From the NCBI RefSeq assembly GCF_963853765.1, contig NC_088854.1, positions 45,942,001-46,006,000 on the forward strand: 64,000 nt of DNA, in the 5' to 3' direction. The notes beneath the pieces were generated by a model that saw nothing but the letters and a program-made list of their open reading frames with translations, was not told where the DNA came from and did not search any database. The DNA is from Magallana gigas (lineage: Eukaryota). A program made the position numbers and the translations under genes. Below are positions 22,037 to 32,657 of this stretch, one piece after another (positions within the stretch are counted from its first letter, which is position 1; each line of letters begins with the position of its first letter).

Positions 22037-23653
22037 TTATTTGTAGCTCTTGTTAAGGAGAACAGAAACAAAGCATATCCACACATTCATCAAAGTTAAT
22101 CCTGCGTTTGATTGCACCGCACGATTCGACTCGAACTTTCCTGGGCACCAAACTATCCTTTCACTCCTGTTACAAAACCCATGTAGCTGTTCCTCAAGTT
22201 TAGAGCTTCCAAGCTCATACACAGTATTACGTAGTTTGCAAAAACCTGTTAATCCCATGTCAAAAATGGTGCCACTGTGCAAAATTTCTTCAACGTCACA
22301 ATCGCATTCGAGTGGATTACCCGTTATATCTACGTAACTGAAAGAGCATAGGGGTGCATGGACAATAAATGAAATGTCCGATATATTATTGTTGTCTAAG
22401 TCGAGTCCAATCGAGTGTCGCATGTTTGAGAATGCTGAGGGAGATATGTGCACGAGGCTGTTATTACTCATGACCAGAGTTTTAATTGATAAAGTAGATA
22501 AACTGGTATCAAACGTTTGCCTATGGAAATGGTTATGAGATACGTCCAAGTATGATAGCATTTTGAGAGGGGCTAGAGAAGACACGGGTATACTTGTCAT
22601 CCCTACTTCCCTCAGAAACAAAGTCTCTAGCGAATTTTCTAGTCCCTGGAATGTAGTTTTGGTAAAGGTCAGTGGGTTGCTGTCAAGATAAAGCATGTCT
22701 AGCTGGTAATTGCCCTGAAATGCATTGTGGATGGTTCTGATGTCGTTTTTTGATATTTTTAAAAACAGAAGTTTCCTTAGTGGTTTCAACGCGGCAGACG
22801 GTATCTGTTGTAGATAATTACCATGAAGCTCGAGTTCTTTGAGACTCTCTTCCAGTCCTGCAAAGGCGCCATTTTCTATCGAAGACAGTTCGTTGTAGTC
22901 TAGAACTATTTTTTCCAAACTTGTCAAAGAGTGAAAACTGTTTGTTGCTATTGTTGATAAGTCGTTTCCACCCAGGAATAGCTTTTGCAGATTTCGCAGA
23001 TGTAACAATGCCGATGGCACATTTTCTAAATAATTATAGGTGAGATCGATCTCTTTGATTGATTCCAATCCGACGAATGCCCGCGGCCCTATGGAAGTGA
23101 TTCCGCAGGAACTCAAACTCAGTTTGCGAAGCGAGTGTAAACGCAGATCTCTGAAAATGTCATTTGGGAGGACCTGGATATCATTTTGATAATTATGGAT
23201 CATATTTGAATCCATTATAAGCTCTGTTAGAACACTTAAATCTTTCATGAACATTAAGTCTTGATCGATGGCTATTCGATTGCGTGCCAAATTGAGCTTT
23301 GTTATATAGGGTGCAAGCTGTGAGAGAGCCCCGATGGCGTGGTTCTCCAATGTGTTTTTGCTTAAATCTAGCTCTGTGATGTTCTTAAAACCCAAATCCG
23401 ATAGGGAGATTGAAGATATATTGTTTCCGCGCAGTAAAAGCTTTGTCACGTTGCGGTTTGACAGGGATGATAAATTAGGCATCGTTTTTAGATTTGCATG
23501 GCTGCAGTTCACGATGGTCAGTCTGTCATTGTTCCACCAGACGTCTTCTCGGCACGTGCATGACGTCTGCTTCTCCAGAACGGGGCAACGGAAGTCAGCG
23601 AATGACTTCATGGTGAACATAAATAAGGCAATCGCAAGAGTTAACAGAATCAT
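22037..23653 (-). CDS. Extracellular leucine-rich-repeat protein (signal peptide, LRRNT, LRR array, LRRCT, hydrophobic C-terminus)
   Basis: 538-aa ORF. Signal peptide MILLTLAIALFMFTMKSFA, CP..CTC cap, many LxxLxLxxN repeats, GNPLECDC cap, hydrophobic tail. A 5'UTR acceptor lies just upstream (~23669) and a candidate upstream donor at 24178. Confidence 0.92.
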   Translation of the reverse strand: MILLTLAIALFMFTMKSFADFRCPVLEKQTSCTCREDVWWNNDRLTIVNCSHANLKTMPNLSSLSNRNVTKLLLRGNNISSISLSDLGFKNITELDLSKNTLENHAIGALSQLAPYITKLNLARNRIAIDQDLMFMKDLSVLTELIMDSNMIHNYQNDIQVLPNDIFRDLRLHSLRKLSLSSCGITSIGPRAFVGLESIKEIDLTYNYLENVPSALLHLRNLQKLFLGGNDLSTIATNSFHSLTSLEKIVLDYNELSSIENGAFAGLEESLKELELHGNYLQQIPSAALKPLRKLLFLKISKNDIRTIHNAFQGNYQLDMLYLDSNPLTFTKTTFQGLENSLETLFLREVGMTSIPVSSLAPLKMLSYLDVSHNHFHRQTFDTSLSTLSIKTLVMSNNSLVHISPSAFSNMRHSIGLDLDNNNISDISFIVHAPLCSFSYVDITGNPLECDCDVEEILHSGTIFDMGLTGFCKLRNTVYELGSSKLEEQLHGFCNRSERIVWCPGKFESNRAVQSNAGLTLMNVWICFVSVLLNKSYK

Positions 23654-24837
23654 ACCGTCTTGCGTTACGAATCTAAAAAAAAATATTTAATAAAAGTTAG
23701 TTTACTATTACATACATACTATATAAAAGGCACGACTTTTGCCATTTTTACGATCGATTTTATACATGAAATCACAAAAAATATTTGGTTTAGGTTACAC
23801 GATTTATAGAAAAGATAGAAAACATATTTAGTTATGCTAAAACCCAGCAATATGTCAAACATCTGGAGGTTTTCATGCATAATAAATTGTTTTAATGTAT
23901 ATAATATTTATTGCCGGTATTTTTTATTTCAAGCCGCTGATGATAATAAACTTTATTTGCCACATAGTGGCTAATGTGACTTACAGTTTTTTAATCAAAT
24001 AAATATATACATATACATTAAAGATATTATGTTACTCATAATAGGGTTATGAAAATCTATGCGGTTTCAAATGGAAAAGGCAATCGTTTTGTTTTAATTT
24101 GGTACCGGTTAGCCATGTAATCCTAGAAATTAAGTGAATAATTACAACAATCAGAACAGAACATTAGCGATTGCTTACCTTTTTTAAGTACTTTGGTTTT
24201 GCACAATTCCTTTATAATAACTTGTTTGCCCGTGCCCCAGCACGCGCATTTTATATATACATTACACGGTTACTTATCACTGAGCAAAAATTTTTTTCAA
24301 CATCAGGGGAGTCCTGCTCACATGCGGCGGTGATTAAAGAACCATCACCAAAAGAAAATATCTGAAATCTCCCCAAAGTGAACGTTTCCCAGCTGCTGCT
24401 CAAGTTGCTCAATTACAGAACAGTTTCAACCGAAACACGGAGAGAGAGAAAAATTAGCGACCGTTTATATTCGATTATTGAACGATGGTGACTCTGATAT
24501 TTGTTAGCAAATCCACCCATTCAATCGTTGTATTAAGGTTTTGGAAGAACAGGAAGAAATCAACACACATGTGCGCAATTAGGTTTTTTCCCTTGCATCA
24601 ATCATCTGTTTTTGTCAGATTCCAATTCAATTTGTCTGAAAGGCACAAAAATATTTCAGCTCTGGCAAGTCATCTTGAATATCACAGAGTGGTGAATGGG
24701 GTTTTTTGGAGAGGCATAACGGGGTGAAAATAAGATAAAATTAATCTAGATATGACACATTTTTATTGCTATTGTACGTGATTTTATTAAATACAAAAGA
24801 GTTCGAATATGGCAACTTGAGATCGTGAGTTCACCAA

Positions 24838-27800
24838 TCATACGAGAGTTTTGGAAATGTATGAGATGAGGAAGCTTTGATTGGCTGCTTCTTTGAGGTA
24901 GAAGTGACCCCCGGGCAGATACTGGATCGATGTCTCTCCTGAAGTCATATCCTTCCATGCTGAAATTATCATGTATCACGCGATTAACAAGTTAAAAGTA
25001 AAATTATACAATCGTAGCACCCACATTAATGACTGACGGTCACAATGTGATGAGTTAAGGTAGCTCACTCACGACCGTTACACTTTAGGACATTACGTCA
25101 CAAGATGGCGCTTTAATGGTTTTGTTAAATTTGTCGTATCAATCGATCACATAGGCGTCGGAACCGGGGGGAGGGGCTAGGGGGCGCTCAGCCCTCCCCC
25201 CACTTTTTTTGTTAAGTTAGACCTAACCATTAGGCACATAGCAAAATAGAGGGATCAGCCCCCCCCCCCCCCCCCCTCCATTTTTTCGCAGGTAACATAA
25301 TTGTTCCGTAATGTACGTTTGAAAGATTGAGAAGTTGGAGTCAAATGTTATGGCCGGAAAGATTTGTTGTAAAGGAGTTAACCCCCCCCCCCCCACGGAT
25401 TAGGATTTTCATGATTTTGTGAATAAGGTTTTTTTCTCTCTCAATATTTCTGAGGATCAGTCTAGCGCCCCCCCCCCCCTTTCAATTTGCTTCCGACGCC
25501 AGTGGATCATCATAGCGCAGTGGATAAAGTTACGGTTTGCGAATCGCAGATTACGGGTTTAAATCTGTTCATATAAATTTACTATATTAAATTTTTAAAA
25601 CTCAAAATATTTTATCCAAAATAACATATTTTTGCGGCTTATATAATTCCTACCTATAATAATCTAGTAAATTTCGGCATATTTGAGAACCTATTTCAAG
25701 GGGTAGTAAACCACCCTGATTTAAAATTAAACCTCTATGTTGTTTATTTCTTTTATTCTTTTGGACAAAGTTGTATGGTGTTGGAAAAAATTAATGATCA
25801 GCTCTCTACCTTAAACAGTTACCAAAACTGAAATAGATTTGGCATTACCAAAAATATAAAAGAGAGCACATAAAATTAATGACTGACTAAACAAGTGAAG
25901 TCGACTGTAAAACGTGTAGTTGATTGTTATTACATCTTTATTTGTTATTTTAAAAAACAAACAAAATATAATACCTTCTAAATTATGTTTGACGTCGTCT
26001 TGACCGTCAAATACATGTATAGGACAAGAAAAGGGCGGGTCTGTTCCACAGACTTCAGAACTGAAAAAAATGAAAACGCTCTTGTCAATATATAAAGCAA
26101 GCGTGTATAAAGGAATTTGATGGAATTTTGATGTTTTTTTACCTGAAACCTGCAATCATCGTGTAATCTGCCCTGAGAGGAGGTAAGAAAAGTTTCATCA
26201 TCTCGGGGTCTGATATCATCTGTTCTGGGGTCCCCCCTGTGTGTTATAGAAGAAAGGTATGTATATCTGATTTATCAACGGTCGCGCAAGCTTTGAAAGC
26301 AGGTGCATTAGTTATATTTAACTATCAAAAAATTTCAGGATCCAAAGCAGTATGTACCAAGCCTTTTCAAGAATTCTATAAACTCTGAATCAGACATGTC
26401 CGCAACTTTTGATCCCAAGCTTTTCCTTTCCGGGGTCTATAAATAGTAAAATTGTTTGAAGATGATATAAGTGGATAACGTTTTTTTCCACGACTGTTTT
26501 GATCATTTCACGCATGCACAGACCAATTTGATTAACTTACATGTGGCGCCGAAACTCCCGAACAAAACATTCTCACTGGTTCTTTATGATGTAATTTCTT
26601 CATCAAGAGAGCAGTTTCAAAACTGAAGAGTGCTCCCATACTAAAAAGAAACACAGAATAAAACGTATTTGTAAAATGGCACAAATGCCTAGTTATTAAA
26701 TCGTTTAATAAAATTTCTCATTTTTAATATTTTCATTTAAATTTATTGCATAAATAATGTGCTTTACATCCTAATGGAAGAATTCAAAACCACAATTTCA
26801 AACTATAGTCGGTTTGAAGAGTTGAATAGTTTCAAACACTATTGAAATTTTTGGTGGCATTGAACTTTCAACTTTTAAGATTAAAATCTATTCTATTTAC
26901 ATCATACTTTAATTACAACAGGACAAAATATGGAGATTGAGACATGTAGCTAACTATACGTCGCAGAGAACGGTTTTTGAAAAAAGAAAAGTCAAATACC
27001 AATACATTTGACTTTTCTTTTTTCAAAAACCGTTCTCTGCGACATATAGCTAACTATACGTCGCAGAGAACGGTTTTTGAAAAAAGAAAAGTCAAATGTA
27101 TTGGTATTTCAATTTTCTGGATTCCTACCCGTCCTTCTGTCGTTATTTCATCGTCACTTATCTTTAGAACATCATCAAGGGATTAATAAGTATTATATTA
27201 GAAGAATTAATGATTGAAATTTTGACTTTTTTGGAAGAGCCTTGCCACTTGGTCTAAACTCATGCAAACCTCTTTTCCCACTGGAAGCCACAGAAAGCCT
27301 CGACCCCCCCCCCCCCCCAATCCCTCGCCTTATTAGCTGACAGTACCAGATCTTAAATCCGAGATCTACCTCCTCTACCCACCATCTTGATATATGTATT
27401 ATGGACAATTTTGACTCAGTATGTCAGTACCTTAATTGGTTTGATTATAGACCGTCCAGAAAATTGTTTTGTAAACATGCTGTTCATACAACATGGTACA
27501 TCGTTTGCACAATATTGGAAATGGGTAGTACAGTTACTATAGTACCTTATGTCAATTTTCTTTGACACTGCTTTTATAGGAACCGGTATGTGGAGAAAAA
27601 AAATCATGTCTTGGAATACTCCGGTATTTCATCATCAAAATCACAGCTTTTCTAAACGTTCAGTGATTCACTTCATTTTTTAGACGGTATCACGTGACCC
27701 CGTCTATTGGTTTACTGTCAGCCGAAGTCTCAAACCGGAAGGCACGCGTAGAACACATGAATTGAGTCTACGCGTAAGAAAATAGTGCAGAAAGTTTTCA

Positions 27801-30509
27801 TGCATTTCAGTAAATATATATTATGAAAACACGCATTTAATCTTTTTAAGTCCTCTGTGTATAAACAAAATTCTATTTAGAAAATAAACAAATAGTTTTA
27901 TTGATCAAAATATTCTTGCTCGGGTTCAAATGTGGAATGAGTTACGTAACTGAATGCACAGCCCCGTTGACGATTCAGTTGGTGTACGAGCTCATTAATC
28001 AATAAAATAGGTTGATGGCGGAATCGAAATTAAAGTTCCCAAACGCAATGTGCCATTTTTGAAAAGTTGTGAATTTCATTTTGACAATCTTTCACCTTAA
28101 TACTACCAAACTTCATGCGCAAGCCGATGTTAAAATCGGGACGGGTTATACACAGATGTTTTACAAATTAAATAGGTGTTTTATTGGCTTCCAGTCTACT
28201 TGCGGTATGACTGCTGTTCGTCTCTAAAGGAATTGTGTACAAAGAAAATAAAGACTAGTCTCAATATTTGCCTTCTCGTTCGTTGGCTCTTTAGTTGATT
28301 AAACTGAATTTAAATTTTAAACAATGCATTATAAGCAAAATGTATAATAGATTATACATTTTGGAAGACTTATACATCATATAATATATACAATCTTATC
28401 GATTGAAGAACCAAGTTAAATGTTAATGTTCATGTTTTCCGGCTTAGTTGGAATCAGGCTTGGGGTGAATTACATTGTAAAATAATGCATTGCATTACCA
28501 TTACTTCATGAATTAGGGCATTAAATTACCATTACCATTACTTAATTTTGTTGAAGTAATGCATTACATTACCATTACATGAGTAAAGTAATGCATTACC
28601 ATTACTTTGTGAAAAGTCAATAAGTTTTTAAAAAGTAATTTAAGGTAGCTCCATACTTGTAAAATTCTCTGAGGAAAGTTGAAAAACCGAACTGATTTCG
28701 ACTTAATAGACTTAAATGTCATCAATTGTTAGAAAAAATTTACATGTCATCACACTTTTTGAGATGCCAGATAAACACAAACTAAAGTATATTTTAGCAT
28801 TAGAAAAATGTATTTTTTTCTGTTAAAAGTAAAATCTTGTAGGCAGAAATTTGTTTTTCTTGTTTAATTTTAATGTCAACTTTATCAGAAAACTAAAATT
28901 ACAAAATTATTTCAAAATTAATCGTTGGAATAAGAAAAACTATAGCATTTAGACATACAACTGAGAGAAAAGTCAGAAAAAGAGTTATTTCCCCTTTGCA
29001 TAGATAAAATATATAAAAATTTGGAAATTTAGTATAAAACTAAGTGCGAAAATATCTTTAACCTACCAATAATTCTAATTACATCCATGTGATTATATTC
29101 ACATGAAATAAATAAAACTATCTTGCACAATTTTTAAAGAATTCAAAGTTTTACAAAAAAGTGTGACGTCACAGAACACTGGATCTACTTTAAAAACTAA
29201 ATAAAGAGTTTTTGTAAATATTTTATAAATAAAACATGCTTAAAATATTTACAGGTTCATGTTCATGTTTACTATCAGGTTCAAATTTAATGACTTATAG
29301 AAGATTGCTGTTGCACTTGTAGTTCTCAAAGTAAGGTTGGTCCCGTAACATTTACACGCTAATGGCAGAGTTGACAATCTCTGTTATCTATGTCTCTGAT
29401 TTTCGGAGTATGATTTTTAATGAAAGGAACGGTTGTATCGTAATTCGTGTAGGTGATGCACGAGTTCACACAAAAAAGTAGTAAGTGGCGAACGGATTTA
29501 TTTTTACCTATTAATTTTGCATGAATCGCAAATGAAGAAAATCGTGTCAGATAAGTCGGTCTTAAAAATCAAAATGGTGACCGTGACAAATCTTTTTATT
29601 GTCAAAGTTCTTGGAATCTTATTGTAAAAAAATATTTCTAACGTCAGGTGCCTGTGTTTGTTATCGGTATACAAATGTTCACTTTGTTTGTTAATTCAGC
29701 AGTTTTAGTGTTTTCGGGGTTTTCATAAAACTTTTATTACAGATACCGTCCGACTAGTGGATTTCCTTTGGATCACAAAATTGAATAAATCTAATGATTA
29801 AAATTATCTACTTTGATATAGTTGTTTGATTTTCCCGGTTAGTAGTAATTTGTACAATTTTTCCTTGGGGTCTTTTTTTTTTTACATAATTTACCTTTGT
29901 GTCAATTTTCTACAATTATGAAGGCCGGGATACAGTTAAATTTAGACAAAGTATCAGACAATTCCAAAAAAGCCGAATTAACATAGATTGTAACAAATAA
30001 TTCAAACTCATAAATTTTGGAAGCATATTCGAGGAAATCCAGGACAATTACAAGATCAAACTTTCAAGACCCCGTCTTTCAGTACTCTCAGTACTTTGAT
30101 TTTAATACTGTATGCTGGATCAGCATTCTCAATATAAATAAATCCCAGTGTCTTATTTACCTGTGACCCCAGAAGACTAGGTCTTTATCCGGGTACCTGT
30201 TCAGGATTGCAGAACATGTGTCCTTTACAATTTGTTTGGCGTCCGTTGAACATGGTTCTCCAAAACGAGATTCACGCCCTGGTAGAGTGACCCCACAAAC
30301 TAAAACAGTAAATGTATTTCATTAGTTTGTTGTATTCGAATGAACGTAAGTATTTCATACATTCACGTGCACTCACCCTCTATAGAATCAGGAAACTTTT
30401 TTCCCCACTGTGCATAAAAGTTAGATCCTCCACCAGCCCAAGGGAAACAGATCATCGCATATTTGGCATTGGGTTTGGCACGAAGGCAGTTCAGAAACTT
30501 GTCAACCAT
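24838..30509 (-). CDS. OLAH: Type II (medium-chain S-acyl fatty acid synthase) thioesterase, 250 aa
   Basis: Phase-consistent exons: 30509-30377, 30299-30161, 26640-26541, 26436-26358, 26236-26143, 26060-25975, 24959-24838 (753 nt). Motifs: [25 protein letters not shown] (nucleophile Ser), [24 protein letters not shown] (His). Confidence 0.93.
25059..25810. mobile_element. Kolobok-like non-autonomous element (TTAA-flanked, GG termini) with a tRNA-like segment
   Basis: TTAA|GGTAG ... CTACC|TTAA. The internal ATCATCATAGCGCAGTGG resembles the reverse strand of element 38215-38539. Only 5 bp of terminal inversion survive. Confidence 0.5.
25150..25504. mobile_element. MITE with 5-bp target duplication, nested in the Kolobok-like element
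   Basis: TIRs CATAGGCGTCGGAA / TTCCGACGCCAGTG, flanked by direct GATCA at 25145-25149 and 25505-25509, with internal poly-C/G tracts. Confidence 0.75.
26941..27109. repeat. Direct-inverted-direct micro-triplication
   Basis: 26941-26997 equals 27041-27097 (1 mismatch). 26994-27043 is the exact reverse complement of 27060-27109. Confidence 0.95.
27682..27776. promoter_or_regulatory. Promoter-like motif cluster inside thioesterase intron 2
   Basis: TCACGTGA E-box (27690-27697) flanked by inverted AGACGG/CCGTCT, ATTGG (reverse CCAAT) at 27706, ETS-like CCGGAAG at 27735, and an inverted pair of ACGCGT, all in a CpG-rich island. Confidence 0.35.
28455..28639. repeat. Truncated element with (CATTAC)n-like repeats, abutting a TTAA-GGTAGCTC Kolobok-like terminus at 28640
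   Basis: Repeated TAATGCATTAC/CATTACCATTAC motifs. TTAAGGTAGCTC at 28640 matches the start at 25055. No right end was found. Confidence 0.45.
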
Positions 30510-30858
30510 TCTACAATCAATCATATGTACATATAACTCATTATCAATTTGCACGCATACACCATATACATGTATGTGTACACTGCACGGTGTGTAAACA
30601 CACTATTTTTGGTAGTTTTTTTCTTAACACAACCTCCCATCCACTGAACCGAAAAAATTATTATTGTTGTAAAAGTTGGAGCTATTGTGGTATATCTATA
30701 TGTATTTGTATATGTTTGATCCCGGATTTTATATAGTCCGTTTATATTTTTAAGACTATTGATGCTCTGTTTATTAATTTATATTTAAATTCTATTGTCT
30801 ATAAGTGTATGACCGTCATCGGTCATACGAGAGGCTCTCTTGTTGTTCTATGGACCTA

Positions 30859-30953
30859 GCTGCAGGACTGTAGCTCCCGGTCTGAAAAAATTCCGATGGA
30901 CGACCTGGTCGTCCATCCGAATTTTTTCAGACCGGGAGCTACAGTCCTGCAGC
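30859..30953. mobile_element. 95-bp almost fully palindromic MITE with TA TSD
   Basis: TA|GCTGCAGGACTGTAGCTCCCGGTCTGAAAAAATTC...GAATTTTTTCAGACCGGGAGCTACAGTCCTGCAGC|TA. A related copy starts at 5907. Confidence 0.85.
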
Positions 30954-31808
30954 TACTATGGACCAATCTCTTCCCTCTCTCCCTTTGCGGCATTTATTTA
31001 TGGTAAATTTTCATTTCTACGTCTTAAATTCGAAACGGAATCAAACAAATGTTATTTATGTTCAATATTTGATTTTTGCTTAATAAATTCTTAGATCTGC
31101 GCTATCTTTGTTATTTTGTAATTCAGAGGCAAACTGAACAGGATGATCCTGGGTTGATGCTGAAAGACGTTGAATCTCTCTTCTTTTATTATATTACACT
31201 ATTGATAGAACTCACTGCTTAACAGGGGGCTTCTAGAGTGGTACATGTACTTATATGAGCCCTATAAAGAGCGTTGAACCTAAAGCTAAACTACAGTTTA
31301 AAAGAGGTTTTTGTGCATTTTTATTTAAATTTCATGACATTACTGAAAATCATAAAAATATGCCTTTCATTCATTATGACGAATTTAAAGGTTTGCACGT
31401 GTAGGCTATATAAATTTATTATTCAATACAGCAAAATATATCAAATCCATAAATACACCGACATGTTTATATTATTGAAGGGTTAATTCTAACATCTCGA
31501 TTGCATTTGATGATAATAACATGAGTCGGTTCGTCAGAATAGTTGGAATACAAATATCATAGTCAAACCTAATTTTGCCATGAGTCTAAAAGAAAGTCAT
31601 AGGACTGTTCATATTAAGATACATGTATAAAAACGCATATCCAGAGAAGACAAAACACACTTGGGGGGGGGGGGGGGGGGGGGGGAGGTGAAGGGAGACT
31701 CCCCGAGAGACCGAACCTATAGATGTAATATTGCATTATGTTTTTATACAATCATTAGATTGGCTTTGCATGATGATTTCAGAATAAAAAAGCAGATTTA
31801 TGTGCATC

Positions 31809-31900
31809 GTCTCAAGCCACGGGTTTTGTGTCCATTCTATTTCCACAACTTGAACCCGATTTGTGGAAATAGAATGGACACAAAACCCGTGGCTTGAGAC
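31809..31900. repeat. Perfect 40-bp inverted repeat with a 12-nt loop
   Basis: 31809-31848 is the exact reverse complement of 31861-31900. Confidence 0.97.
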
Positions 31901-32657
31901 ATAAATATCCCAGCACTGTTCAAAGTGGTACATTTGTACCGCAGCATGGAAGGGACCATATATTTTTATTTTTATTTTTTTTTTGTTATTTGTGAAATAT
32001 GTTGGAAAAAACCACAATTTAAAAAAAACCACGCAAATGTAAAAGTAAATGATGTTTGATAAAAAATCTTGATCATTTCTCTCCTTTAAAGATCGTATCA
32101 GTGTGTGTTAATGATAAAGATTAATATAATATGATATAATAACGAAACTATAACGCAAAACAAAGGAAAGGGAAATCATTGGCATAATATAAAATTAAGG
32201 TCACAAAATTCTAATATTGTTTAATTACACTAAAAAAAATGTATACCCTCTATATATTTTAATCCAATAATTAACGTTAGGAAAGCGATGATAGCGTAAA
32301 AAATAAAAATAAAACGCGGAACGACAGAAAGACAAACGACGATCGTGACACGATATCCTGGCCATGAAACAAACTCAGGATTTGTGAAAACGGGAAAAAA
32401 TGGATTTTTCCAGAACGGTATTTGGTACGAATAAGCTTTGCACGACCCATCCTGCTCTTATTACATGCTATAAATAGATCGGGTGCTTCCCTCATTGGAA
32501 TTTTTTTTACATTCGGAATCATCTTGACTTTTGGTAGACTCGGAAGAAAAGACCAAGAAATGAGGCGAAGATGACGTAAAGGGGAAAATAAATGGTGGCG
32601 AAAACAAGAACTTGAAAAAGCATTTTGTTTTCTTCGATTATGTAGCCCCAAAGAGTC

